Below, piece by piece: positions 46,986 to 57,620 of a stretch of 64,000 nt of DNA. A model generated the notes under the pieces. It saw only the letters and a list, made by a program, of their open reading frames with translations. It was not told the DNA's origin and searched no databases. Position 1 is the stretch's first letter, and the number at the start of each line of letters is the position of its first letter. This DNA comes from Perkinsela sp. CCAP 1560/9. Lineage: Eukaryota > Protista > Euglenozoa: Kinetoplastea. The stretch is taken from the NCBI GenBank assembly GCA_965644495.1, contig CBFFSA010000045.1:3160-67159 (forward strand), read 5' to 3'. The translations under genes and the position numbers were made by a program.

Positions 46986-49900
46986 TTTCTGTACCTTGTT
47001 GTTGTTTTTTTATATATTTAATCGCTATGACACGCCTTGCTCGCGTAGATTCTCAGACGTCGAAAGGCTTAGGTGTGAAAACTGGTCGATCGAAAGTGAA
47101 ATCAAGCGTACCAGAAAAGAAATACCAAAAGAACAAGGAGAAAAAGCACGTAGTCAATGACTTTTCGGGCGACAAATTTGGCGAGACCATTCCCCCCACC
47201 CCGACAAAGACGAGAATACCACGAATAAGAATCATCGGAACAACTACTACCCCCACCCCGACAAAACCGAAGAAAACGCCACGAATCAGAATCATCGGAG
47301 GAGAGCCACTTTCAAAGATTTGGGCAGACCACGGGACTGACCAGGCTACTCACCACCTGCGAAACGAGACCTCCGAAGAACCGACTGATAGGGGTGAAGT
47401 TGCCACTGGCGAACTACACGAATCTCATAAAAAAGATCTGCGTGACGAATGTGACGGGATGTCGTTAGACAGCGAGTGCGAAGCAGAGCGAGAGATGGCG
47501 ACACGGAGCAGCAGCTCAAAGTCAGCAGACCATGTACACAACGTTGTGTCTAAGTGGGGAAAAGGGACGGAATGTGTAATCGAATGGGGATTCCGACAGA
47601 ATGCCGCAACATACACTTCAAAAGGTATCGTTGTCGGTCGATCTGCTCGAAAAGGAAATGTGAAAATCAAGATATCCTACGAACCTGCTCCAGGGAACGA
47701 AGGCCCAAATGGTTTCCTTTATCTTCCTCAGTCCAACAAAATCAAAATCTATAGTCTTCGAGCCACCAAACTGCTTAAAGTTGAGACGACAATAAGAAAC
47801 TTGGAGGAACAGGCGGACAACATTTCTAGTGAAGATGGTCAAAGCGACCTCGAACCTCTTCCACCCATGGCGCAAATCGATCCATCCTTCTCAGTCCATG
47901 TCGTGGCTATCTTCCGCGCAATCATTCGAGGCTATTCCGCCGTGAAACTCGACTCTGAAAAAGCAGCAATATGGCATAAATTCCTGAACGCACCCCGAGA
48001 TTCGCTGGCTACAGTTCGTCAAATGTCTCGACGGAAACAAAGTATAGGACACACACGCAAGACAGAGGAACTATCAACAGAATGCAATCTCAGTGCAGAT
48101 GAACGCGAAGAACTGCAGGTCGACAGACGCTCGATAAGAAACGCATTGACGACCGCCCGAGCTTCGAATCTGGGGAAAGCCACCCGCATCATTGACAACG
48201 TATATAGGGACTCTGTGCTTACAGCCGACGAAAAAGTTCAGAAATTGAAGGAGCTACATCCTGAGGGCCATGCCATTCAAATCCCGGAAACCGATTTTCC
48301 ACGCATTGGCATAGTAGAGAAATCGGAACTTCGGCTAGCCGTCGACAAGTTAGCTCGGGGAGCTTCACCAGGACCAAGCGGGCTCAGCGAGAGTATGATG
48401 CGTTTACTTGGGGACGACGATGAATCAAGCCTCTCATTGTGCCACATGATTCGGGACGTTATCAACGGTGAAATTCCGCTATGTGTTCGGAAACGTCTCA
48501 CTCGATGTCGAATAATTGCCCTTCCGAAGCCACAGAATGGGATACGTCCAGTTGCCATGGGAGACACCATCCTTAAAATTTGTGGGTCTATACTACTTCA
48601 GCGACATGAATCTTCATTAAAAGCTTTCTTTGCGCCAATCCAACGAGGAGTGTTGTGTAAGAATGCCTGCGAATCAATCATTCATGAGTTGCTACAAGAA
48701 TACGAAGATGGACATGCGTTGCTCGCGGTCGATTTCAGCAACGCCTACAATACGCCACGGCGCGATACCATTGCACAGGCCCTGACGGAAAACTCCATAT
48801 TCAAACCTTTCATGCGATTGTTCTATTTGGAATATGGGCTTCCGTCAGAGTTACTCTTTTTCGCGCACAACTCTCTTTTCGCAACCATTGAAAGCACATC
48901 TGGTATTCGTCAGGGCTCCGCTCTATCTTCCATGTATTTTTGCGCACTTTTACAAGCCCCACTTCGAGAAGTCGCAAGTCTATACCCTGATGTCAAAATT
49001 CGGGCATACCAAGATGACGTGACCCTGAGTTCAAAAAATGTGCAATCGCTCGAGGCAGCTTTCCTCCATTTACGCGAAATCACTGGAGAGCTCAATCTGC
49101 ATGTTAAGTTTCAAAAGTGCGAATGGTTCCAGAAAGATACTCCACGAACCGATGTACCCTTGCCGCTGGAACAACTAGGTGTCAACTTCCGTACCGATGC
49201 AATAAAAATTCTTGGAGCTTACATCGGCGCAGATGAAGTTGTAGAGAATCTTCTCCTGCAGAAAATGGAAAAACACAAATGCCTCTTTCGTCGCCTTTTG
49301 CTCATGGGTCCAAGTAACCTATCTCTCGCCATTCTGCGAAGATGCACAATCCCGCGACAAGATTACCATTTGCGAGTCCATCGACCAAATGCCACCCTCC
49401 GGCTTGCACAATCTTTTGAAACACAGGTTCATAGAGTTTTACAAAAATGGTGCGGTGCCGACGAAAATGCACTCAAACTCGCAGCACTTCCTCAAAAACT
49501 TGGTGGATTAGGTCTGATTTCTTCCACTCTGAAGCAGAAATTTTGTTTTGAATCTGCCCGAACATCTATCGAAGAGCAATTTAAACCCATTTACGCTCCG
49601 GTAGATATTACAGGCGGAGTCAAGGCAATAGAAAAAGCTCAGAGCCGCGGAGAACTCTCGCAAAGGCTACTCAAAAAGAAAATAAGCAATGAACATGAAA
49701 AACAACTGGCAGAACTGCAGAAAAACACTGAGATTGAACACATCTTGAAGCGCACGAAGGAATCCAATTTTCATCTGGAAAGCACGAGTAACTATGTCAA
49801 TCCCTACCTCTTTCGCTACACACTCAAGATGCGCTTGGGCATCAGCCTGTCAAAAACACCTGCAAAGATTACATGCCCGGGTTGCTGCAGTCAAGAATCT

Positions 49901-50936
49901 CCTTCCAACATTATTCCTCACGTCGCAGGCTGTTCCCGTTGCTCTGGGATGAATTGTACGCGGAAACATTCCCACATTGTCCGCTATCTTGCAGAATTAT
50001 GCTCCAAAGCAGGCCTGCCTTCCGTCATTGAACCGCGTATTCATTCATCATACTATTGTACCAAATGCAAATGCACCATCTCCGCGGAAGTGTCAGAACA
50101 ACACCCGTGTAAAGCTCGACGAATACGTTCCGGCCCAGATATTGCCATTATGTGGCCTCACATGGGCGAGGTCCTATACGATTTCACGGTCGTCCACACT
50201 TGCTGCACGAGCTACGTCAAACAGACCAGCAACGCTCTCTTACAACAAGCAATCGACCGAAAGATCAAGAAATATGTCACTGAAAAAGGCGTTGATAGCG
50301 ATTCTTTTCGATGTTTGGCCACTACAGACTGTGGCCTTCTGCACAGCGATACAAAAGCCCTTTTGAAAGCACTCGCTCACCGTGCCCAAGCGAATTATGA
50401 AAATGTACGTCATGCTCTTCAACTTGAAATCGAGAAGATGGGGGCATATACCGTAGTATCTCAACTGCGTGAATATATTCCGAAAGAAAACTGGATAGGA
50501 GGACTTCGGTTTTAGACACCCCAGAAGCCCAACTCAAATTTTTTATTATGGATATTCATATTGTTGTTGTTGGATATTCATATTATTTTCATTAATTATT
50601 ATTTTCATTAATAGATCTTGTGAAGGTAATCGAAGCGTACACGTAAAAAAACATAAAAGTATACGGATTGAAATTCAGGAGGGATTATATTTGAATAGGG
50701 ATTCTGAACACTAGGAAATAAATGATGCTAAACCTGACTGACACATGATGATGGTGAATTATCCAAACAAGTCATGGCTAGGCTTCGTCGCGCCAGACTC
50801 GTAAAAACATTGCTATCGTTATCCTTGTACGAGTTCTGTAAGTGAGGTTTGATTATGATTTCTTTTCTATATATGATTTACTATGTGTCCGGGCATTTTT
50901 ATACAGGTTTTATTTTGTGTGACGTGTGTGCGGGCA

Positions 50937-50967
<31 letters not shown>
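46986..50967 (+). mobile_element. Full-length CRE-clade non-LTR retrotransposon, family B, from SL relic to poly(A)
   Basis: SL 3' part at 46986-47001; single ORF; AT-rich 3' UTR; A-tract at 50940-50967. Confidence 0.85.
47027..50515 (+). CDS. CRE family B polyprotein (1162 aa): RT, Zn motif, restriction-like endonuclease
   Basis: ATG follows the SL relic; IRPVAMGD, DFSNAYN, RQGSALS, AYQDD, ILGAYIG, GGLGL, CPGC..H...C, GPD...YDFTVVH. Confidence 0.88.
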   Translation: MTRLARVDSQTSKGLGVKTGRSKVKSSVPEKKYQKNKEKKHVVNDFSGDKFGETIPPTPTKTRIPRIRIIGTTTTPTPTKPKKTPRIRIIGGEPLSKIWADHGTDQATHHLRNETSEEPTDRGEVATGELHESHKKDLRDECDGMSLDSECEAEREMATRSSSSKSADHVHNVVSKWGKGTECVIEWGFRQNAATYTSKGIVVGRSARKGNVKIKISYEPAPGNEGPNGFLYLPQSNKIKIYSLRATKLLKVETTIRNLEEQADNISSEDGQSDLEPLPPMAQIDPSFSVHVVAIFRAIIRGYSAVKLDSEKAAIWHKFLNAPRDSLATVRQMSRRKQSIGHTRKTEELSTECNLSADEREELQVDRRSIRNALTTARASNLGKATRIIDNVYRDSVLTADEKVQKLKELHPEGHAIQIPETDFPRIGIVEKSELRLAVDKLARGASPGPSGLSESMMRLLGDDDESSLSLCHMIRDVINGEIPLCVRKRLTRCRIIALPKPQNGIRPVAMGDTILKICGSILLQRHESSLKAFFAPIQRGVLCKNACESIIHELLQEYEDGHALLAVDFSNAYNTPRRDTIAQALTENSIFKPFMRLFYLEYGLPSELLFFAHNSLFATIESTSGIRQGSALSSMYFCALLQAPLREVASLYPDVKIRAYQDDVTLSSKNVQSLEAAFLHLREITGELNLHVKFQKCEWFQKDTPRTDVPLPLEQLGVNFRTDAIKILGAYIGADEVVENLLLQKMEKHKCLFRRLLLMGPSNLSLAILRRCTIPRQDYHLRVHRPNATLRLAQSFETQVHRVLQKWCGADENALKLAALPQKLGGLGLISSTLKQKFCFESARTSIEEQFKPIYAPVDITGGVKAIEKAQSRGELSQRLLKKKISNEHEKQLAELQKNTEIEHILKRTKESNFHLESTSNYVNPYLFRYTLKMRLGISLSKTPAKITCPGCCSQESPSNIIPHVAGCSRCSGMNCTRKHSHIVRYLAELCSKAGLPSVIEPRIHSSYYCTKCKCTISAEVSEQHPCKARRIRSGPDIAIMWPHMGEVLYDFTVVHTCCTSYVKQTSNALLQQAIDRKIKKYVTEKGVDSDSFRCLATTDCGLLHSDTKALLKALAHRAQANYENVRHALQLEIEKMGAYTVVSQLREYIPKENWIGGLRF

Positions 50968-50970
<3 letters not shown>

Positions 50971-51336
50971 TCCTGTTTCGCGACCGTGTCGCTGTCGACA
51001 CAGGCCCGCGCCTGCGCCCTCCCATATAACAAGGGAAGGGTCCACAAGTCAGGCCGTGGTGAGGTCGAAAGACCCGGTCCGGAACGCGCGGATGGATTGG
51101 GCGTGGATTGCTTCCTTTTTTATTATTATTGTTATCAGAATCATAAATAACTTAAGGCAGGTTGAATTACTAGTTTTGGGCTACAACATGTGAAATTGCT
51201 AATTTGATTGCTTGTTTACAAATCATATACCCCCCCCAATGGACCTTCATGGTTCATGTATTGGGTAATATAGAGGCAATGCCGCGTTTCATACTTCTCC
51301 CCCCTTATTAATCGCAAAAAAAAAAAAAAAAAAAAA
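50967..51336 (+). repeat. 5'-truncated second copy of the structured non-coding segment, followed by ~80 bp of other sequence and poly(A)
   Basis: ~50967-51233 aligns to ~17538-17887; A-tract at ~51316-51336. Confidence 0.75.
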
Positions 51337-51384
51337 ATATTGTATTGTTTGCTGCAACGAAACCTGAATTAAAAATCATGCTTA

Positions 51385-53992
51385 CTGTACCTTGTTGATT
51401 CATTTTAATTTTCTATTTTTCTACGCTTATGACACGCCTTTCTCGTACGTCTTCTCGTTTAGATTCCGAAAACACGCGGAAAAAGGGCAGCAGAACAACA
51501 GTGAACAACGGGAAGTCTCACGGGAGAGTTGAAAAACAACGTACTCAACGAGATCAAAGCAAGACGAACGGAATAAAGGTAGCAGAAGAATCAGGATCGC
51601 ACACGGAGACACCAGTGAAGGTGAAGAAGACTCCAAAGATCAAGATAATAGGTTCCAAAACACTAGCCCCGAATTGGGCGGACCATGAGCCTCCGTGTGA
51701 AATCACATCGCGGAATCTAATCAAAATCAAAGCCAAGAACTTCCGCATCGGATCTACGAGTCAATCACACGAGAACATAGCCCATGACGAAAACCATATC
51801 CAAGAGGACCCAGCCAAAGAAATGTCCGAAACAGAAAGCGAGACCAGTGATACAATGTGTCTGGACGACGATGGATCGACGCAAGATCGAGTACAGGAGC
51901 TAATGACACAGGCCGGCAACAAATCGCCCGACCAAGTGTACAACATCGTTTCCAAGTGGGGCAAGGGTACAGAATGTGTGATCGAATGGGGCTTCCGACA
52001 GAACACTACAAACTACAAGTCAAACGGCATCGTTGTAGGCAGGACCGTGCGAAAATCAACCGTGAAAGTCAAGATTTCATACGAGCCGGCTCTAGGTCAC
52101 GATGGTCCATGCGGTTTTCTTTATCTTCCACCGTCCAATAAAATCAGAATCTGTAACCTCCAAGCCACTAAGTTATTCAAAATCGAGATGCCGACACAAA
52201 ATTTGGAGGAACAAGCGGAGCACATCTCATGCGAAGACGGTCAGAGTGACCTTGATCCGCTCCCGCCTATGGCTCAAATAGGCCCATCTTTCGCGGTTCA
52301 TGTTGTGGCGATTTTCCGTGCGATAATTCGGGGATATGCAGCGGCGGAGCTTGACTCAGAAAAAGAGGCGATATGGCACAAATTTTTGAATGCGCCTCGC
52401 GATTCACTTGCGACAGTACGTCAAGCAATTCGACGAAACCAAAAAGTAGCTCATGTTCGCAACGACCGAGAAAACTTGGAAGCTAGCAACTTGAGTGCGG
52501 AACAACGGGCGGAGTTAGAAATTGACAGGCGTTCGATCAGGCACGCCCTACAGACGGCGCGGGCAGGAAACCTTGGCAAAGCAACTCGGATCCTGGACAA
52601 TGTCTACAAGGAATCAGCTCTCACTCCTGAAGAAAAAGTGCGAAAGCTTCAACAACTTCATCCTGAAGGCGACGCCATACGAATCCCGGAAGCAGACTTC
52701 CCACGGACTGGCGTTGTTGAGAAATCAGAGGTTCGCCTAGCGACCGAAAAATTATCCAGAGGCGCTTCACCAGGACCAACCGGCCTGAGTGAAAGCATGA
52801 TGCGACTGCTCGTAGACGACGAAGAGTCATGTCTTTCACTTTGCCACATGCTTCGGGATGTCATCAACGGCGAAGTTCCTCTGAATGTGCGAAAACGTCT
52901 AACCCGATGCAGAATCATCGCGCTAGCGAAACCTCAAAATGGAATTCGACCTATTGCGATGGGGGATACCATTCTGAAGATTTGCGGTTCCATCCTTCTA
53001 CAACGACATGAAAACGCTCTGCAAAATTTTTTCTCCCCAATTCAACGAGGCATTTTGCAAAAAAACGCATGTGAGTCCATCGTTCACGAACTTTTAAATG
53101 AATACGAAGAAGGACATGCTCTCCTCACCGTCGATTTTAGCAACGCGTATAATACACCACAACGCAACGCCATTGCTGAGGCACTCCTTGGTAATCCCAT
53201 TTTCAAGCCTTTCATGCGCCTATTCTACCTAGAATATGGGATTCCCTCTGAGCTGCTATTTTTTGCGCACAATGCTCTGTTTGCTACCATCGAAAGCTCT
53301 TCAGGAATTCGCCAAGGATCGGAACTTTCATCAATGTACTTCTGCGCACTTTTGCAAGGCCCGCTACGAGAACTCATGCACCTCTATCCTGACGTGAAGA
53401 TCCGAGCATACCAAGACGATGTGACTTTGAGCTCCAAAAACGTGCAAGCATTGGAGGCAGCTTTCTTTTACCTGCGTGAGATCGCCGCAGAGATGAACCT
53501 CCGAATTAATTTCCAGAAATGCGATTGGTTTCAGAAGAACATTCCCAACATAGCTCAGCCTCCTCCGTTGGAAAAACTTGGAGTAAACTTTTGCAGTGAT
53601 GCGATAAAAGTCTTAGGCGCATACGTAGGTACAGACCAAGTCGTGGAAAATCTGCTGATCAAGAAAATGGAGAAACACAAGTGCCTATTCCGCAGGTTGT
53701 TGCTTATGGGTCCCAGTAATTTGTCTCTTGCCATTCTCCGCCGTTGTACGATTCCACGGCACGATTACCATCTACGAGTACATCGGCCAGGCGCTACTTT
53801 CCAACTAGCACAATCCTTCGAGAACCAAGTAAACAAAGTTCTAGAAAAGTGGAGTGGAGCAGACGCAAACGCCCTGAAACTCGCCGCTCTACCACAGAAA
53901 CTCGGTGGCCTAGGCTTAATTTCCTCGACTCTGAAGCAGAAACATTTCTTCGAAACTGCCAGCAAATCTATATCGGAAGACGGTCAGAGGAG
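51385..53992 (+). mobile_element. CRE family B copy, SL relic at the 5' end, 3'-truncated (complete RT, no endonuclease)
   Basis: CTGTACCTTGTTG at 51385-51397; ATG at 51429; homology to 47027-50515 ends just after GGLGL. Confidence 0.85.
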
Positions 53993-56900
53993 GTTTCTGT
54001 ACCTTGTTGCCTTGTTGAATTTTTACTACTTTGCTTTTCTTTCTTTTATGTCAGAACCTCCCCCGAGGGCGGCGCAAGGCACGCCGTCGCATCAGCAGCA
54101 GAACACTGCAGCAGTGAGGTCCACTGGCGTAAAGGAGCACAACTTGAACTTTACGGAACAAGCGAATAGACACGAGATTGGATCATGGGACCAGTTTGAG
54201 GCAAACAAGAAACTCATCCAAGACGCTAGCACGTACGACGACCTCATGTACACAACCCCCATTCCACAGCATATTCCCCTCAACTGGCAAAAGAAGATGG
54301 AACACAAAGCGCAAAGCATCGAGAAAAACCCAACGTCAGACCACGGCCGCCACAACACGAAAGACGAGGAAACCGCTTTTGCCAGTGTTCGGAGAAATGA
54401 AATTCTACGAAGAAGTCAAACTGGAGAGTCATCCTTGAAAATTAAGATCAGAAAAGAGACACGACTGAAGAAAACTCCGAAAAAGGTAAAAGTGATACTC
54501 CGTAGCTCTGATCTAACGAAGGCGAACCTCGGACAAGCGGACATGTCACATGACGAAGGATCGGAGAGCTCATCTGCATCAGGATCAGACATCTCGGAGG
54601 ACGATCGGGTGGCCGAGGTCGCCGAAGAAACAATGAAAGCTCCGGACCAAATACTAAAGATAATCAACGACTGGGGAAAAGGAACTACTTGCGAGCTACA
54701 TTGGAAATTCCGCCACAGCAGTGAGATTTATCAGTCGATTGGAGAAGTTGTTACGCGACATTCTAGAAAAGGTGCAATCAGGGTAAAGATTTCCTACACA
54801 CCGCAGCATCAGCCAGGTCCATCAGGATTTCTATATCTACCTGCATCTCACAAGATTAACATCTTCCGATTACGGGTGGTAAAGCTCAACCGTATTGTGA
54901 CACAAACGCCATTTTTGGATATCGAAGAAACACAAGATTGTGACACGGGATGCGACTTGGAGCCTCTTCCCCCACTCGCCCACATCGACCCCACGTTTGC
55001 CGCTCACGTCATAGCAATCTTTAGATCAATCCTGCGAGGATATCCCACGCTCAAGCTTATAACAGAGAAAACATCCGTCTGGCACAAGTTTCTAAACGCA
55101 CCCCGCGACTCACTCACCACTGTGCGACAAGCGATCCAGCGGAAGTATCATGTGCCAAACAAATTGCGCAACGAGGAGCCGGCGTTCTCCTCACCTGACG
55201 AGAAACTTGAACGTGAAGTCGACCGCCGATCAATCCGCAGTGCGCTTCGAACGGCTAGGGCTGGTAACCTAAGCAAAGCTACGCGTATCCTCGACAACGT
55301 ATATTTTGACTCGAACCTTAGCGTTGAGGAGAAAGTAGCGGAGCTCAAGAGTCTACATCCCGATGGAGAGCGCCCACAAGCTCAGACGGACGCAGACCCC
55401 CGAACAGGAATCATCGAAAAACACGAACTTCGGGCCGCGATAGAGAAACTGGCTCCGGGAGCTTCCCCGGGCCCTACGGGATTGAGTGAAGCCATGTTGC
55501 GCCTACTTGCGGATGACGAGGAATCCAGCACCGCGCTCTGCCATATGTTACGCGATGTAGTGAACGGGGAGATCGCATCGTCGGTGCGTGACAGACTGAC
55601 ACGATGTCGACTAATGGCCATCAACAAACCGCAGAACGGAATACGACCGATTGCAATTGGGGAGACTCTATTGAAAGTATGTGGCTCGATCCTTCTAAAC
55701 AGGAACGAAGAGAAACTGAAGAAATTTTTCCAGCCTGTCCAAAGAGGGATCCTCCAAAAGAATGCGTGCGAGGGAATTGTTCACGAGGTGCTCGATGAAT
55801 ATGACAAGGGACACGCCATCTTGGCGATCGATTATAAGAATGCCTACAATACCCCCACGCGTCAAGCAATCTTCGAAGCACTCAAGAAAGACGGCATCTT
55901 CAAACCTTTCATGCGGATTTTTAATCTTGAGTACGGGGACTCGTCTGATCTGCTCTTCTTTGCCAATAACTCGCTCCATTCGATCGTGAAGAGCACTTCT
56001 GGCGTTCGACAGGGCTCAGCGCTTTCGTCACTATACTTCTGTGCCCTGATACAGGATTCGCTCAAAGAAATCGAAGAGTCCTTTCCAGATGTAACGGTTC
56101 GAGCGTACATGGACGACATAACCTTGTCATCAACAAATCCCCTATCCTTGCAGACCGCCTTTCTACACCTGCACGAATCTTCACGACTTCTGGGACTGGA
56201 AATGAACTTCCAGAAATGCGAATGGTTCAAGAAAACAGACACTCCATGGACGCCCCAAACTCTGCAAGCGATGGGGGTAGCCTGCCCGCAAGAAACAGTG
56301 AAAATTCTAGGTGCATATATCGGACAGGACGAGATGGTAAGTGAATGCCTAAAGAAAAAGATGGACAAACACAAGTGTCTCTTTCGCCGTCTTCGACTCA
56401 TGGGACCGAGCAACCTATCCCTCGCAATTCTGAATCGGTGCGCCATCCCCCGTCAAGACTATCACCTCCGAGTACACAAGCCCGAAGCATCCCTTGAAAT
56501 CGCCCAGCAGTTCGACGCGGAAGTAGGCAGTATTATTCAGCATTGGTTTAATGCAACGGGCCCTACTGCAAAACTCGCCACACTTCCGCAATATCTCGGC
56601 GGACTCGGACTTACTCCGTCATGTTTGAAGCAAAAGCACTTTTTCCAAGCGTCTCGCAAAGCCATTGAAGAGCAATCCAAAACCAATAACGCTCCGGTGG
56701 TCATAGCGGGATCCAAGCGAAACAGGGCTCTGAACGAACGTGACAGCCAGAAGAATGATACTTCCAAGCGATTAGTCATGAAAGCAATACGATCTGAACA
56801 AAAACGATTTGCAACCGAGCTGAGAAAGGACATGCGCCTCAAAGAACTAATGGAGCGAGGATCCGCAACATTTCACCACCTGCAATCAACCAGCAACTAC

Positions 56901-57620
56901 ATCAATCCGTACCTCTTCCGTTTCTGTATAATGATGCGCCTGGGAATAGTGCCAGAAAATATGCCTAAGAGTGTGGTATGCCCGGGATGCCTGACAGAAT
57001 ATTCTTCTGATACCATCTTCCAGCACATTCCTGGATGTACACAATGCTGTGGGATAAATGCAACGAAGAAGCACACACGATTAGTCCGTTTCCTAGGTGA
57101 ATTGTGTGCCAAAGCAGGGGTGCCCCATGTTATAGAACCTCGAGTACATTCATCATTCTTCTGCACCAAATGTAAGGCCACCATATCCGAAGAGCTCTCT
57201 GAACATCACCCATGCAGAGCAAGACGTATGCGATCAGGCCCTGATCTCGGTATCATGTGGTCCCATCTCGGAGAAATTCTCTACGATGTCACCGTAGTTC
57301 ACAGTTGTGCCCCGAGCTATGCCAAAACCTCCGTCGAGCAGTTAATCCAAAATGCCCTTGAGCGCAAGCACAAAAAATACGTTGTACAAGGGGGCATACC
57401 GAAAGAAAGTTTCAGCTGCTTGGCAATGACCGAATTAGGACAGTTGCACAACAACACGAAAACTCTCATTGTCTCGCTCGCACAACGGTCACAACAAAAC
57501 GTGAAGGATGTCAAAGAAGCGTTCCAACTTGAAATAGAGAAGATGAACGCGTACACAATTGCCACGCAACTCCGACAATACTTTCCACCGATTCAGTGGC
57601 TCGGAGGACTTGAACACTAA
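51429..57620 (+). CDS. Apparent 2063-aa ORF with two RT domains, an in-frame fusion of two element copies
   Basis: AYQDD and AYMDD RT cores; SL relic and pyrimidine-rich leader at 53993-54047 are read through in frame. Confidence 0.5.
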   Translation: MTRLSRTSSRLDSENTRKKGSRTTVNNGKSHGRVEKQRTQRDQSKTNGIKVAEESGSHTETPVKVKKTPKIKIIGSKTLAPNWADHEPPCEITSRNLIKIKAKNFRIGSTSQSHENIAHDENHIQEDPAKEMSETESETSDTMCLDDDGSTQDRVQELMTQAGNKSPDQVYNIVSKWGKGTECVIEWGFRQNTTNYKSNGIVVGRTVRKSTVKVKISYEPALGHDGPCGFLYLPPSNKIRICNLQATKLFKIEMPTQNLEEQAEHISCEDGQSDLDPLPPMAQIGPSFAVHVVAIFRAIIRGYAAAELDSEKEAIWHKFLNAPRDSLATVRQAIRRNQKVAHVRNDRENLEASNLSAEQRAELEIDRRSIRHALQTARAGNLGKATRILDNVYKESALTPEEKVRKLQQLHPEGDAIRIPEADFPRTGVVEKSEVRLATEKLSRGASPGPTGLSESMMRLLVDDEESCLSLCHMLRDVINGEVPLNVRKRLTRCRIIALAKPQNGIRPIAMGDTILKICGSILLQRHENALQNFFSPIQRGILQKNACESIVHELLNEYEEGHALLTVDFSNAYNTPQRNAIAEALLGNPIFKPFMRLFYLEYGIPSELLFFAHNALFATIESSSGIRQGSELSSMYFCALLQGPLRELMHLYPDVKIRAYQDDVTLSSKNVQALEAAFFYLREIAAEMNLRINFQKCDWFQKNIPNIAQPPPLEKLGVNFCSDAIKVLGAYVGTDQVVENLLIKKMEKHKCLFRRLLLMGPSNLSLAILRRCTIPRHDYHLRVHRPGATFQLAQSFENQVNKVLEKWSGADANALKLAALPQKLGGLGLISSTLKQKHFFETASKSISEDGQRRFLYLVALLNFYYFAFLSFMSEPPPRAAQGTPSHQQQNTAAVRSTGVKEHNLNFTEQANRHEIGSWDQFEANKKLIQDASTYDDLMYTTPIPQHIPLNWQKKMEHKAQSIEKNPTSDHGRHNTKDEETAFASVRRNEILRRSQTGESSLKIKIRKETRLKKTPKKVKVILRSSDLTKANLGQADMSHDEGSESSSASGSDISEDDRVAEVAEETMKAPDQILKIINDWGKGTTCELHWKFRHSSEIYQSIGEVVTRHSRKGAIRVKISYTPQHQPGPSGFLYLPASHKINIFRLRVVKLNRIVTQTPFLDIEETQDCDTGCDLEPLPPLAHIDPTFAAHVIAIFRSILRGYPTLKLITEKTSVWHKFLNAPRDSLTTVRQAIQRKYHVPNKLRNEEPAFSSPDEKLEREVDRRSIRSALRTARAGNLSKATRILDNVYFDSNLSVEEKVAELKSLHPDGERPQAQTDADPRTGIIEKHELRAAIEKLAPGASPGPTGLSEAMLRLLADDEESSTALCHMLRDVVNGEIASSVRDRLTRCRLMAINKPQNGIRPIAIGETLLKVCGSILLNRNEEKLKKFFQPVQRGILQKNACEGIVHEVLDEYDKGHAILAIDYKNAYNTPTRQAIFEALKKDGIFKPFMRIFNLEYGDSSDLLFFANNSLHSIVKSTSGVRQGSALSSLYFCALIQDSLKEIEESFPDVTVRAYMDDITLSSTNPLSLQTAFLHLHESSRLLGLEMNFQKCEWFKKTDTPWTPQTLQAMGVACPQETVKILGAYIGQDEMVSECLKKKMDKHKCLFRRLRLMGPSNLSLAILNRCAIPRQDYHLRVHKPEASLEIAQQFDAEVGSIIQHWFNATGPTAKLATLPQYLGGLGLTPSCLKQKHFFQASRKAIEEQSKTNNAPVVIAGSKRNRALNERDSQKNDTSKRLVMKAIRSEQKRFATELRKDMRLKELMERGSATFHHLQSTSNYINPYLFRFCIMMRLGIVPENMPKSVVCPGCLTEYSSDTIFQHIPGCTQCCGINATKKHTRLVRFLGELCAKAGVPHVIEPRVHSSFFCTKCKATISEELSEHHPCRARRMRSGPDLGIMWSHLGEILYDVTVVHSCAPSYAKTSVEQLIQNALERKHKKYVVQGGIPKESFSCLAMTELGQLHNNTKTLIVSLAQRSQQNVKDVKEAFQLEIEKMNAYTIATQLRQYFPPIQWLGGLEH

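Noticed and set aside
46943-47026. N-terminal extension of the 1190-aa ORF call
   Set aside because: It crosses the SL relic from an upstream fragment; the real start is the ATG at 47027
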